From the NCBI GenBank assembly GCA_000320545.1, contig ADNK01002537.1, forward strand, positions 1 to 64,000: a stretch of 64,000 nucleotides of DNA. The letters are read 5' to 3'. Shown here in pieces: positions 13,316 through 26,898 of this stretch (position 1 is the first letter of the stretch; each line of letters begins with the position of its first letter). The notes under the pieces are model-generated. The model saw nothing but the letters and a program-made list of their open reading frames with translations, was not told where the DNA came from and did no database searches. This DNA comes from Bigelowiella natans CCMP2755 (Eukaryota > Protista > Cercozoa). The translations under genes were made by a program, and so were the position numbers.

Positions 13316-13316
<1 letters not shown>

Positions 13317-13566
13317 GTCTGGTCTATTATGCCTCTCTACTGTCCATGTAGGCGATAATGTACTGTTGATTCTGGAATCGGTACCAGAGCAGGATGGAAG
13401 CATTGTAAAGACTAATGATGATGATGATGCTTTTGCTGGTGGTTTATTACGGAGGATTGCGAGCTAACGATGAGGCCGAGCATTGCAGAGAAATGTACAT
13501 GACGCAAGCTCGTTCACTCTCTCTCGTTCACTCTCTTTCCACTTTCGCGTCTTTGTCCATTCATTA

Positions 13567-15948
13567 TTAGCCCTGGCTCAGCATAAGCAAGGCTGCCACG
13601 CCTTCCTCGCTTGCTTGTCGCGGGAAACTCTCCGGCGTTGTTTTCTCGAACTGAAGGCGCTCTCTTGCAGGGGAAAAGTGCTTCTTGTAGCTCGACGATT
13701 TGCTCCCATTAGTGTCATTATTACTCCGCCGCTGGTTGTTTCCCCGGCTAAGCGTCGACTCCAGCATGCGTTTCGTCGCTGTTTTCTTTCTGCGGCTCTG
13801 CCGCTTGCGTTGGGGGGGTGGGGAGCTCTGAGGGGACAATTTTCTGGGGGGGAGTAATGCAGAAGTGGCAGCTGCTCCTGCTGCGGTGTCATTGATATCA
13901 TTGTTGGCAACCACCACCCCCATGGTGGCTTGGCGGCTGCTACTACGTAACACCGCCAATGTCGAGGAGTTGTAATTTCTGCTGCTGTTGTTACTGCCAT
14001 CTCGCTCCGAAGAAGCGTTCTTCTTTGTCCCGCCGCCGCCGCCATTTTGATGAAGATCCGCCTCGTTTAAGTACGGTCGCTGCTGTTGGCAGAGGTGAGC
14101 GTGGCGCGGGGGAGAATTCTCCTCCGAGCTGTACTTGTTCCTAAGATTGCTCATCATTGCGCTACGACCGATATCAGGGGTAACATCCAGGCTGTCAACG
14201 GCACTCGCCACGGTGCCCCTCATACTGTTATTATTGTTATTGTTATCTATACTTCGGATGTAGGGGGAGGCTGCAGTGGTAGGAGGCACTACTGTAACGG
14301 GCGTTACTACGTGCTGCTGACGGAATTGCTGGTGTCTAGCATTACTACTCCCCGAAGATGATAATGCGGGACTAGAGTATCTGTAGTTGTTCTTGCTGCC
14401 GTACCCTATGGCAGCATGCGGGCCACCTGCCGATGATGGCGATGCTACCGGCAACGAGGACGAGGATACGGAGTCGCTGCTACTGCTGCGGCTTGTACTT
14501 CGGAATGATCTCGAATCAAGCTTACCCTGGCCAAGGCCCCAACGACGATGGTGGTCGTGATAATGTTGCTCTCTTGTTGCGGTTTCAGCTACACTTGTAG
14601 TGCCGCTACCACCGCTACCAGCAGCAGTAGTAGTAGTTTGCCTCGCTGGTATCGCATGGGTTAATGTTTGGGCTGGTACAGCTGCCATTGCACGCATCGA
14701 TGAGATGCTCGTAGTGCTGGCAGCAGTGACGCGGGATTGAGAAGGATGGCGGTGGTGGTGGTGATGATGAGGTGTAGGGCACCTGTCGCCTCCACTGCGC
14801 TGCTTCTTTTCGCGTGATGTCACATAGCTGATCAGGTCATGCACCTAGTAGTGGACGAGATGAACAGGAGAAAGGTTAGTTTTAGCGCAAAAACATATGC
14901 AGAAACCATGGCATGAAAACGCGTTTTAGTATTCAGGCTCTCCTTCTCGCTCAATGCTCACATGTAGGGGTTTAATGTAGTAAGATGTAAGCTATCACCT
15001 GTGCAGATTCATATCCTCTCTTCCGGTTGTTGCCAGCTGGCACGATTGCGTTGCTTCGGTACTCTCCTCGCGAGTTTGCCATTTTCAGGGTCATAGCGAT
15101 GGAGGCCGCCCGCTGGTTATTCAACGGCAGTGCTCTTCCTGCCGTCGAGGTATTGGGGCCAGAGAAAGGACTGGAATGCATCGTTTGCGCGTTGCTACCA
15201 AGAATTCGCGGCGGAGTTCTCATATGATTTTGCAGCGTGGCAGCCGCTCCTTGTAGAGCGGCTGCTATATGCACCGTAGTACTTCCAGAAGACGCTGCAA
15301 CTTTGTTTCTCCTGAAAAAGGGAATGCGATCAGCATGAGACCGGTGCTAAAATAACAGAGCTAGCTATATTCTTTAAGGAGGGAGAATAATACCTTGGAG
15401 GAATGCAGCTGGCCATGCCTTGCTTCTGCAGCTTGAGGAAGTACTTTTGGGCATGGGAGCGTATCTGGATTACAGTGCGCGTCCCAACGTGTTCTAATAA
15501 CAACATGCAACATAATTATTCAGAACAAAGGAGAGACTTGCATGGGAGATGAAATATGCTTGAGGGATATAAACTTAGAGATAAACTTACTTATTGAGGA
15601 AAATCATGCTCCTAACGAGATTAATCACAAACTACACGTATCTAACCTTTTACACGTGCCCAATCGCGCTTGTATAGCTTTATTGCTTCCACAAATCGTT
15701 GATGCTCCTTTGAAGTGAACAGATTGTTAATAATCAAATCTAGCATACTGAAAGTGCATGTCTTAGGAGGGTAAACAGACAAGGCGGAGTACCTCGGCGG
15801 TCCATTGTTGGCGAGGATTACGAATGGTGTATTTTTTCCGGGAGCGGGATTTCGTTTCCCTGGCTTTCATTTCAAGGTTACGCGAGTTCCAGCTTTGATA
15901 GCCTATAACTGGCATTGGCTGTACTTGACGGGAGCTATTACTTAACAT
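13567..15948 (-). CDS. Single-repeat MYB transcription factor, SHAQKYF class (RVE/LHY/CCA1-like), 5 exons
   Basis: Spliced: [16 protein letters not shown]|[20 protein letters not shown]|[34 protein letters not shown]|RNK..., then a long low-complexity Ser/His/Asn-rich region (ORF 13567-14844). First in-frame ATG is 15948; start uncertain. Confidence 0.9.
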
Positions 15949-18152
15949 CTGGTGGTCTTTGTAGTTGATAGCAGGATACGAACTGTTTAAGTATTTTTTG
16001 TCGAGGGAATGGCACGATATTGCGAGTATCTTGTTCTCATTCAACGATTTTCAGGAGTAATAACGTGCCAATTGGAGATGATCTGGATACAGTAGCAGAA
16101 AAAAGATGAGAGACATGTTAAGAGCCCGCCCGGCACATTCAATTGTGCCGCGGAAATTGGTAACAACCAACTGGAAACTTCCTCCTCACAAACTTTCATA
16201 ACAGTGGGGTTTATACTCATTTATAAAAAACTAATTTAAGCCAGGATACAGATTTCCCTCAGGAAACCTGCAGTGCTGCCTCTGAAGTTGAAAGGGGGGG
16301 GAGACTATCGTCAAACCTATGGACTTTGGCGGAATTGTCCCGGCTCTTTCAGGGGTAAATCCCGTCTATTTCTGTACTACGGTAATACTCTTTTGATTGT
16401 CGCAAGGCTATCTTATAGAGCCTTTCAATCCCGAAATGACTCTTTAGAAGGGAGAGAAAAGGCATCCTCAAAATGCATGTTGTTTTTCCAGAGTTGACAG
16501 AACACTAATTTAGACTCTACGATGACTTCATATTCAGACTATTTTCTCTATTTTATTTATTTGAGCTCCTTTTAAAGTCAAAAATTGATAATATTTTGAT
16601 GTCGTTTATCTATATATTATAATTAATTATGATAATAGAATTGAAATAAAGTACCTAGTAAAGTCTTTAATGACTTATTTCAATTAAAATATGAATATAG
16701 GCATAATTTGTTCATATTAATATAATTTTTGATGTCGTATACTTTTTAGTTGTTAGGATGATATTTATTCGTTTATTCAGTAAATCTAAAAATATGTTAT
16801 CTTACCCTCAGATACAAATATCAAAAGTATTTATCTTGATGAGGCTACAAATATACCACATGCTTCCAAATATCTTATACTTCTCAACTATATAGCCTCT
16901 TACTTTGAGATTCTTAGATAAATTACGAACAAAATAAGTCCTAAATCAATGCTCCCTAAAATGGCCTTCGGTTAATTGATCTGCTTAATACTCTCTTAAT
17001 TGGCACACCGGGGAGGAACCCCCTATGCAACTGAGCGGGAATGTAACACAGGAACAATCAACCGACTCGATGGTGAGGCGTTTGCACCGGGGCAATCTAG
17101 ATCTAAGATATGAACTAGATAAATCAAGATATTGGAAACTATCAAGAATTTAGCACTATTATGTATGGTTTCGCTATGAAATTTAACATTTTACATTAAA
17201 AGGGCGATATTCACTTATGACACGTTTCGTATCTCAAAAACAAAATCTTTTTCGAAGCCTGGCACAGGCTTCAAAATGCCATTGTTTTGGGGCCGAATGA
17301 TCTTCTCGGCTTGATCTTTGTAGATTCTTCTCTTCTAATTTTTAGTAAACGAGTTATTTTAGCCCGAAAAGGCAGCCTTTTAGAACACTAAGGTATCGCC
17401 TCAAGGATTCTTTCGAACGGCACGTAACTAGATAGGGTACATAATATCTGTCCTGAAATAGGTGAAATTCTTTAAATTCTCTTTTAGCTCTACCCTATCA
17501 GGAGTACACGAGAAAACCAACGCTTGTCCCTAGAAGAAATGTCCCGCTTTTGCATAGAGAGTCTCCCGTGAATATCTTCACACATGAGTCACATCAGCCA
17601 CACGTGTTAGTGCTTCACTGGAGACTCTCCAAGCTGCGGGCCTTGCATAGTTTCAACGCAAATCAGAAGATTATTTTTGCGGGTACAATATGGATTCCGA
17701 TGAGACGTAGGCCTCGGAATCCAGATGCTTCTGGGCACGTTCCTCGCAAAACAGCAACTTTCACCCTCCGGTTTCAATCGTATTTTCAGAATCTCAACCT
17801 TTAAATGAAAAATATTTTAATTTATAGATGTCGTTTCTATAAAAAACCATTGATTTGAATTCATTAGTCGTATATTAATTTCAGAGATATTCTGACCCAG
17901 AAGCTTACAAACAAACGCCGTAGTCGTCTGGACAAACAACCCCCATTCCTCAAACGCCCCAAAGGTGGTAGCCAATAAATCATATCGTACTAGCCACTTC
18001 CAACAATTGGAGTACTTAGATATTTCTGTTCGAATCTTTTCGCCTCTTTTCGTAGATTCTATTAAGTTTGTGGTGTAATTGAATCATTGAGTCGTAGTCT
18101 TATTATGTACCGCTCGCGTACTTTCAGGGAGAGAAACGAAGGAAAGAACGCC

Positions 18153-19688
18153 ATGTCTGAGCAGGTGGGTGTGTTACATTGACGCGAGAATCATCCGATA
18201 ACCATCCGAGAATCATGCAACTGTGCGTGCTGAATGTATGTTGCCCATACGTATATCGACAGAAAAACTCATCTCCAACTCTATTCAAAAGATCACGAAC
18301 GGTGACTGCCACAATAAAGATCACGACTATAATTACAAAAACAATCATCCAAATCCAAATTTTCCTTTATCCATTTGCGTGGAGCGGGGAGGGGGCGCGC
18401 GGGGACATTGGCCCGCGGAGCTTCTTTCTTCTAGTGTGAGAGACGAACCTAGCGGTTAAAATAATATGCTAGCAAAGCAGTCCGTGATTCAAATTCCTAA
18501 AGCCCCCCCCCTCCGTATTTTATGATTTCGGCAGAAGATTTTGAAGCATGGTTGGTAAATATTCACTCGTCATTAGGTTCTCAAAGACATTCTTGAGAAC
18601 GAGGACGCATTCGCCTACGAAGGAAAGGATGTAACCGTCTGCGGGTAAGTATGCTGTTTTTTGTGTCAAGGGGTGGGGGGGGAGAGAGAGAAAGTCAATT
18701 TCATATTTGCACCGTGTGTTTCAAGTTGCGCTCCGCGTCACCACCACTCTACAACCTTTGTAGTAAACTCTTTTCGCGTAATACAAACAAATAGATGGAT
18801 GCAGACAATGAGAAAGCAAGGAGAAAAAATGGCTTTTGTGGAGCTCAACGACGGTGAGACATCCTCATGTGAAAGCAGCAGCGAAGCTAGAAGTGGAGAG
18901 GAAGGGGAGGGATGGGAGAGATTATGTGCGGGACGTTTATTACCCCACAACTTTGTCTAATCTCCACCCCCAACCCCACCCCCACACACACAATCAATAG
19001 GCTCCTGCCCAGGAAACCTGCAAGTTCTAGTGCAGAAGGGAGAGGACGAGGAGAAAAACCAAAAAGTTGAGGGGGTTTTTGCGAAGGGGGGGACAGGCGT
19101 ATCTTGCAAAGTAAATGGAAAGGTTTTGAGCCCACAGCATTCGCATGCTATGCAGCACTGAATCATACGGAATTGTATTGAAAACATAGAAAAGCGGCTG
19201 TAGCTACCTCGTTAGTATCCTCTTGATCATTTGGTTTTAACAGAAGGGGATAGTAAACGAGATTTGCCCTTGTTGTCTTACACAGATCGTGAAATCTGTA
19301 GCCAAAGGACAAGCAATCGAACTGAAGGCTGAGAGCGTTACTATCCTTGGTAAATATCCAACTGAACATAAACATTTCTTTCATAGGGATAGCAAGTATT
19401 CGTACGTGTGTTTGACGAGTGTTGGTTGCGGGAATCCTCTCAGCGGTCAGTACATGAGAAGAAACTTGTTTAAATATCATCAAAAATCAGGCGGCGTGGA
19501 TGCTGCGACGTACCCCATTCCGAAGAAGAAGCTGACGCTTGAGTACATGCGAGAAAACCAAAACTGGTAGGTGATTGGTAGATCTTTGAGGACACACACA
19601 CACACACACACACATACAAATGGAATTATATATTTGAACATCAGTATTCAATATTTTTCTTTATTAGTTTTACTAAATTTGTGTATAC

Positions 19689-19740
<52 letters not shown>

Positions 19741-22026
19741 TGTGTCTCAAGGCGTATTCGCACACGCACAATGCGTGCTGTGCAGAACATCCGCAACCAG
19801 TGCGCTTGGGCGACCCACTCGTTCTTCCAAGGTCATCGCTAATCGATACTACCATTCAGCAGCCACCCGTCGTCCCTTTACTGCTGCGTACAGAAACCGA
19901 CTTCAATGCACGAATATATACAATATATAGAAATATATATAGAGCATAGAGAGGGGACATGAAGAAATGTGGGAGGGGGGGAGAGGGGAGATGTCTGATA
20001 CATCATGAAAGATAATTAATAGTATTGTATACACCTCTACCGTCTCTTCAGGCCATGGTTTTAAATACGTCCACACGCCGCTTCTTACGGGCGCGGATTG
20101 CGAAGGTGCCGGTGAGATGTTCTCCGTAACCAATCTTATCAAAGAAGGGAGCAAGATCTCCGACATCCCAGTCGTTATGGACGCCGAGAAGAAGGTCTGT
20201 CTCTTTCTTTTTTTATTCTTTCATTTATTATTTTTGCTTTTCCCCATTTTGTCTTCGATCCCTCTCGCCGCACTATAATAAGAACGATTGGCGAGATTGC
20301 GAGTGAATATGTGCAAGTTTGCGAGTACGCGCATGAGATGGTGACCAGGACTGGCTTGGGACGTGTGTGTTTTGGTGTTCTCGTGTGCGTTGTTATTTTC
20401 ATGTCGCAGACCGACAAAATTGATTACTCGAAAGATTTCTTCGGAAAACCAGTTAGTCTCACCGTCTCCGGTAGTAGTAGTAGTAGTAGTAGTAGTAGTA
20501 ACGATGGAGAGAGCAAAGCGCCATGTTATATCGTAATCACGCCCTTAACTTGGAGAATTAAATGCTACCGTTATCGTTTCCTCGGGGAGGGTTTTATGAA
20601 ACGTTTGGTGATGATGCTCTGTGCGGCTCGATACGACACGGCACGATGATGATGATTTTACATGGCGAAAAGCAAGATTTAGCCAAATGTTCGTATTGAA
20701 ATTGTTCTTCAAGAAAAGAGCGTGAGATGAATAAACTCTCTACGTTACTTCTTCACGTGATTCCTTCATCATCATTATTTCATCGTCATCACGATTATCA
20801 TCATCATCATCACCACCACCATCACCATCCTCACTGTTTTTGATCCCAGGCCAGTTAAACGTGGAAACGTATGCCTGTGCATTTTCCGACGTGTACACGT
20901 TCGGCCCCACATTTCGTGCGGAAAAGTCTAAGACCACGAGGTTAGACGATAAACAGAAGGGCATGGGGGAAAGGGGATGGGGGGGTGGGGGGGGTAGGCA
21001 GCGTATAACACACACAACACGATGTGTAATAATGATTTTAAACTCGGCTTCTGAGATAAAAGGAGGAGGATACAAGAATAAAGCAAAATTTCTTCTCTCG
21101 ATTGTCCCCCCTCTCCTAATTCTTCCCCCCGTACTGCTCAACGGCAGGCACCTTGCAGAGTTCTGGATGATTGAGCCAGAAATCGCCTTTGCGACGCTGG
21201 AGGTCAGATGGTTGCCCGAAAGGAAGATTCGATGCACAACTGGATTAGATAATGATAGATATGCCTTTATGAAGATGGAATTAAAAACTATCTAAATTAA
21301 CAGACAAATGCACAAGAATCAATCACAATCAATACGTAAACGGTATTCCGACACACACATTGCCCTCTGAACGCGGACAGGACGATATGGCGCTAGCGGA
21401 GGACTACGTCAAATACTGCGTTCAAAGCGTTTTGACCAAGTGCGCCAACGACGTGCAGCTTCTTACTGACTACCATCAGCGCGAGTTTGCACAGGTAGTC
21501 ATCTCACACCACAAACGACGCTTGAATCCCAAAACATTGCTCCTTTCAATCCTCACTGAATACGCCGGTATTTGCGTCTCGCGGCATGCGAATCGCGGAG
21601 CCCGTCCTAATGGTTTCTCTTGCTTTGTGGACCTTTTTGAGGAAGGAAACATCGTTTTCAAATGGATGCATTATGAAGAATGTGTTGTGCTACGTGTTTG
21701 ATTCATATGTGCACGTGTGCGCATGGTTCCTGCATTCAGGCGAAGAAACGCGGGAAAGTCGCCAAGGACGCGCTGGCCCCTTCAAAGCTGAAAGATTCGT
21801 TACAAGTTCTTCTTGGTGGCCACTGCTGTTGTTGTCGTTGATTGATGTTGTGGGCTGCCATTGTTTCAATGTCCCGCACACGCACACGCGCTCCTATTCG
21901 CAACCTCCGTGTCGTCGGAGCGTACGTTTCTCCCACATTCTAGGTGCTAGGTGTGGTGCGTAAGACTGTTTGCGCGTACAGATATTCTTCAAAGCCAAAA
22001 ACCCTCATTTGCCTGTATAATACGCC

Positions 22027-22082
<56 letters not shown>

Positions 22083-22229
22083 TGGAAACGCATTGTTATT
22101 ACAGGGAAACCATACAAGCGACTGACATACACCGAGGCCATCGCAATATTGGAGAAGGAAATCGCGGTACTGCTACTCCAGCCGCACACCAATACACACA
22201 CGCACACACGCACACGCGCACGCACGCAT

Positions 22230-22293
<64 letters not shown>

Positions 22294-22958
22294 GCTTAGA
22301 ATCAATTTGGTCTCAGCACCGAACTACCATGCACGCATACATACATCTTATGAACGCATTGCGCCGGTATAATTGCGAAAGAGGGGCAACGAGGGTAGTG
22401 CTGAAAGCGTAGTCGCAGCACACCGGTAATCTCTCTCAATCGATTGTTTGGGGCTGTGTTGGTGGGTAGGAATACCGGGCTATCGTCATCACCGAGGAGG
22501 AGGCAAAGAAAATGAAAGCAAAAGACTTGAAGAAAAAGACCAAAGGTTGTGTTTCGGCGGCGTGATGAAATGAGTCGTGTCGTTTGCCTGCAAAATGCGA
22601 ATGGGGAGGGACAATCCTTTGAGTGCAGAAGATGACGGTGCTGAGGCTAGTGCTCCTCCGCCTTGTTCTATTCAAATATGACTCAGGAAAACATAGATTC
22701 GAGTTTCCAGTCTTTTGGGGTAAGCCGTAGTCAGTTGTTGATCATACATATAGCGCTGAAAAAAACAATGCAAGAAATAAGGCCCTCCTCCAGCATAAGA
22801 GCGTGGTGAGAGCGAAGGCCTTTTTGTGTTGTTCTAGCGACTCTATTAGGCATAGGAAAAATAGGCATATTACACATTTAGATGGCGTGAAGAGAATAAA
22901 ACTAGAATGTATGGTTATTACCACGCTTGCGACTCTTACTACTGTATGCGTCTGCGGT

Positions 22959-23001
<43 letters not shown>

Positions 23002-23451
23002 TAGACCTCGCGTCCGAGCACGAGAAGTTCCTTACGGATAAGATATTCAATGCGCCTGTGATTCTGTATAACTACCCGAAAGACATCAAGGTGAGGGCAG
23101 CTAGGAATAAGGCGGTTTCTCGACGCACACACCACACCACACCACACCACACCGCACACTCGCTCTCGATCGAGGACGTGTAATGCCGCCATATTTTTCT
23201 TATTCATGACATTCAATAGAACATGAGAACACAAAAAGAGTATCAACTATTTTCCGAGTGTTCGCGAATTTTGTGAGCTAATTTTGTGAGCAAATTCTGT
23301 GATTGACGCAATACTACGATCGACTAATTACCCTCCCCTCCCCCTCCCCCCTCCTTTCCCCCTCCAGGCCTTCTACATGAAAATGAATGAAGATAACAAA
23401 ACTGTCCAGGTGTCTAAATTTAGGCAATAAAAGTCGCTACTGCATATATTA

Positions 23452-23488
<37 letters not shown>

Positions 23489-23698
23489 GGATAACTCACA
23501 ATGATCATGCAATGCATAACTACACAATCCTTGTGTCGCAAGGGACGTGGAGATGCGCGACAGCTTTCGTGTCAATCGTTCGCAAAGAGAAATCATTTTG
23601 ATGACATGATAATGATGATGATGATGATGATGATGATGATGTGGTATGACGAGAGAGCGAGGATCGTTCCTGTACGTACGGACTGATATATCTACATA

Positions 23699-23732
<34 letters not shown>

Positions 23733-24553
23733 TTAAGTATATCAGTTGATGTCATCTGACACATCTCACACCACGTGTTTTCACGCATATGAATAGGCCA
23801 TGGATATGCTGGTACCCGGCATCGGAGAACTCATCGGCGGCTCTGCACGAGAAGATAACTACGACGTGCTTGTGAAGAGGTGTCGTACATACATGCGTTT
23901 GGCGAAACATATTGGAAAGGGGGGGGGGTGAGAGAGGGGAGGGGAGCGCGCTACATTGAGCAAGTGTGACTGCTGGTTGAGTGCTAGGATCATGAGATTG
24001 CAACCAACATTGAAAGACTGGAACTCTAACGCCTCCTGTGCGATTTTAACAATGACAGGTGCGCGGAGTTGAAGATGGACACGAAGCCGCTCCAGTGGTA
24101 CCTCGATCTTCGCAAATACGGCTCTGTAAGGCTACTGCTAACAATCGTTGGAAACAAAAAAAAAACAGAAGCTCTGTACATTAACAATGAAAACAATAAT
24201 CGAAGTCGAAGATTTTACTTGAATGTAACAAAAATTGAGGTGGGAGGAGGGGGCTAAAAAATCGAAACAAATTTTAGCATCATGAAACTTAAACAAACGA
24301 ATAAACTATATTTCGGAAATGGAGTGTTTGCACGTGCAACTCTCGGACATTCCTCGGCACGTTTCGCGACGGTTTTCACAAAACATAGTATGGAAAAGGA
24401 TGACGATGATGATAACACTGTGGACGCAACACTCAGGTGCCACACGCTGGATTCGGCCTTGGTTTCGAACGGTTGGTGATGCTTGTGACTGGAATGAGCA
24501 ATATCAAGGACGTCATCCCCTTCCCGCGTGCCTGGGGATTGTGCGATTTCTAG
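18153..24553 (+). CDS. asnS: Asparaginyl-tRNA synthetase (bacterial/organellar-type class IIb), ~21 exons
   Basis: Spliced motifs: VTVCG|WMQTMR...FVELNDG|[32 protein letters not shown]|[19 protein letters not shown]|[13 protein letters not shown]|[16 protein letters not shown]|[33 protein letters not shown]|[14 protein letters not shown]...IKDVIPFPR. Stop TAG 24551-24553. Confidence 0.95.
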
Positions 24554-24740
24554 ATTCCGAGCTGGTCTATGCGTTTTTTAGGAATGCTTCATCTCCTGTC
24601 CAAGGTGTCAATTGTTCTGCTGATTACAGAAATTATATTAATCCACCCACTGTGCGGTGGTGTGTGGGTTCGTGTGCGTGACTTTGTGTGCATGTGTGCA
24701 TGCTAGCGCCTAGTGTGTGTGCATGTGCATGTGCACGCGT

Positions 24741-24784
<44 letters not shown>

Positions 24785-26129
24785 GTGAAATGTACGTCGC
24801 CTAGTTTTACGTGATTGAGTGGGGCACTGGTTCCTCCTATCTTGAGCCACACATTGTTCGCGCCCCGGCTCACAGCTAGACTAGCATTGCTCATGACGCC
24901 TGCTAGCCTGTCCTAATGAGCTCATGCACGACTAGCCCATCTTGCATGATGCAATGCAAGAACTGTGTGTCTATCTGTCTGTCTACAGCTGTTCATCATG
25001 AGGCGGAATCATCGGATGCAACAATGACTAGATGAAGTGATTGAAATCAACTCACCTACTTGCACAAGCAAATCTGGAAATTGGGATGTAATGACAACTC
25101 GCCCTGCTAGCCTGCACAAATCATGCAGGGTGTTGTGACAACTCACTCACCCTGTGCAAGCGACCATCTTGCAACATCTTGGAAACGTTAGTCTGTTGTG
25201 CTGTTGTGAATGAAGCTGTTCCAGTGTTGTTTTGTGCTTGTTCAGCATGGCGCACAGAAATTTCAATCTGGCAATGACATTTTTGCGATGACATTTTTGC
25301 AAGCTAGCAATTCTAGACGTGCTGGCGTGTGTGCACCAGACAAGCTGGCGCAGTGCACCCCACAGTGCTCGGCTCATGGGACTTTCTTCTTTCTTCATCT
25401 CATGTGATGCCGTCGCATTTTTCCTGAAATTCGAAACGCGTTTGCCATGAAGCTTTTGTGTGATTTGCGGGGGTTTGGTCAACGCATGCGCGTTTTTTCC
25501 CTGACCACTCTGTGAAGTCAATTGCACTTTCTGAAACACTTTCGTGGAGTTCCGTTGAAGACTGAAGACAACGTTTCGATGTCATCCGGTAGACTTTCAC
25601 AGGGAATTCCATCGCCTAGTCATCGTTCATGTTTTTCGTGCAAGAGATCTTGTGGACCCTTTCTTGGCCTTGAACGAGCCCTTTTTCCACTCTCAGAACC
25701 AGCTAGCCAGAGAAGCCGCATGCGGACCGATGACTCAGGAACAACATCCACGATGATCACGACAGACTCGACCTGTGACAGCTGCAAAGATGACCAGTCC
25801 TGGAGTCAGTGGCACGTGCTGGCATGGCTTCACTCATCAGAGTTTCTGAAGCACCATTGAGAATGGAGTCACACTTGACCCATCTAGCCATGCAGGCACT
25901 TGAGCACACATGCACGCCAGCACGACACAAAGATGATTGGCAAGCAGCAAATTCATTGATGAAATGCAACTTGCAGTGCTGTCAGGAATTTGGTGGTCGT
26001 GCTGGTGTGGCTTGATGGGTGAAAAGTTTGGTGCAGCATGCAAGCTTCAATTTTTCCACAACTTGAGTGCCAGAGTGCAATGCAACAAAGAAAACAGTGA
26101 GAAGACGTCAAGTCTGCCAGTCTGCACGC

Positions 26130-26842
26130 GTTTGGGCAACTCGAGACCTCGCTGGTGATGAACTGTGAACTGTGCGTGTGAACACCTTCAACATTGCCAC
26201 TCTGCGTCACAATCCCACTTTCCATCTGGATCAGCAGTGATGAGCTGGCTAGCTGGGGGCAGGCACGGTGGCAACAGTGCGAGCTTCCTCCTGTGCGATG
26301 AGCACATGCACAACTGATTGTGATCAAGAGAATCTCTGGACACTTCCACACTTGCCAGCTTGGGCAACTCGAGACCTCGCCACGTCACCAGCTTGCCAGT
26401 GATGAATTGTGGACCAGTGGACATCTCTGACATTGCTGCTCTGCACCACAACTTTCAATCCAGACAAGCAGTGATGAGCGGGGGGTGTGACACGTGTGTG
26501 GCGCGCGCGCGCGCGGTGTGTGTGTGCGTGTGTGTGTGTGTGTGTGTGAGCTTCCTGTGACGAGAACCACTCAACAATGAACAATGAACAATGAGTGAAG
26601 CATTGGTGCAAATCCACATGCGCCAGAACCACGTCATGGGAGACAGGCGTGTGCGCGCGCAGCAGCGCTCAACAAGAACTGATTGTGGATGTGGGGAAAC
26701 ACGAGAACAAGCGAGAACGATGATGAGGGTCTCTGGACACTTTGACAAATCGAAACCTCACTGATGATGAAAGATGGACATCTCCAATGTTGCTGCTCCA
26801 CATCACAACCATGACACTGATCCAGATGAGCCTCGCATGAGC
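26130..26842. repeat. Three diverged copies of a short repeat
   Basis: Cores at 26182 acaccttcaacattgccactctgcgtcacaat, 26421 acatctctgacattgctgctctgcaccacaac and 26778 acatctccaatgttgctgctccacatcacaac. Shared gggcaactcgagacctcgc at 26134 and 26362. Confidence 0.8.
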
Positions 26843-26898
26843 GTTTGAGCACGAGCAGGCCACCTGTGACGTGGCATGTGAGCCAGTGAGATCAACTG

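Noticed and set aside
17230-17530. Possible small spliced minus-strand gene between the MYB and AsnRS genes
   Set aside because: Short open stretches, but no consistent phases, start codon or recognisable motif.
21944-21950. Possible 7-nt micro-exon GTGCTAG in AsnRS
   Set aside because: Extending the previous exon to ...LQVLL-G|gt gives the correct phase and spacing without it.
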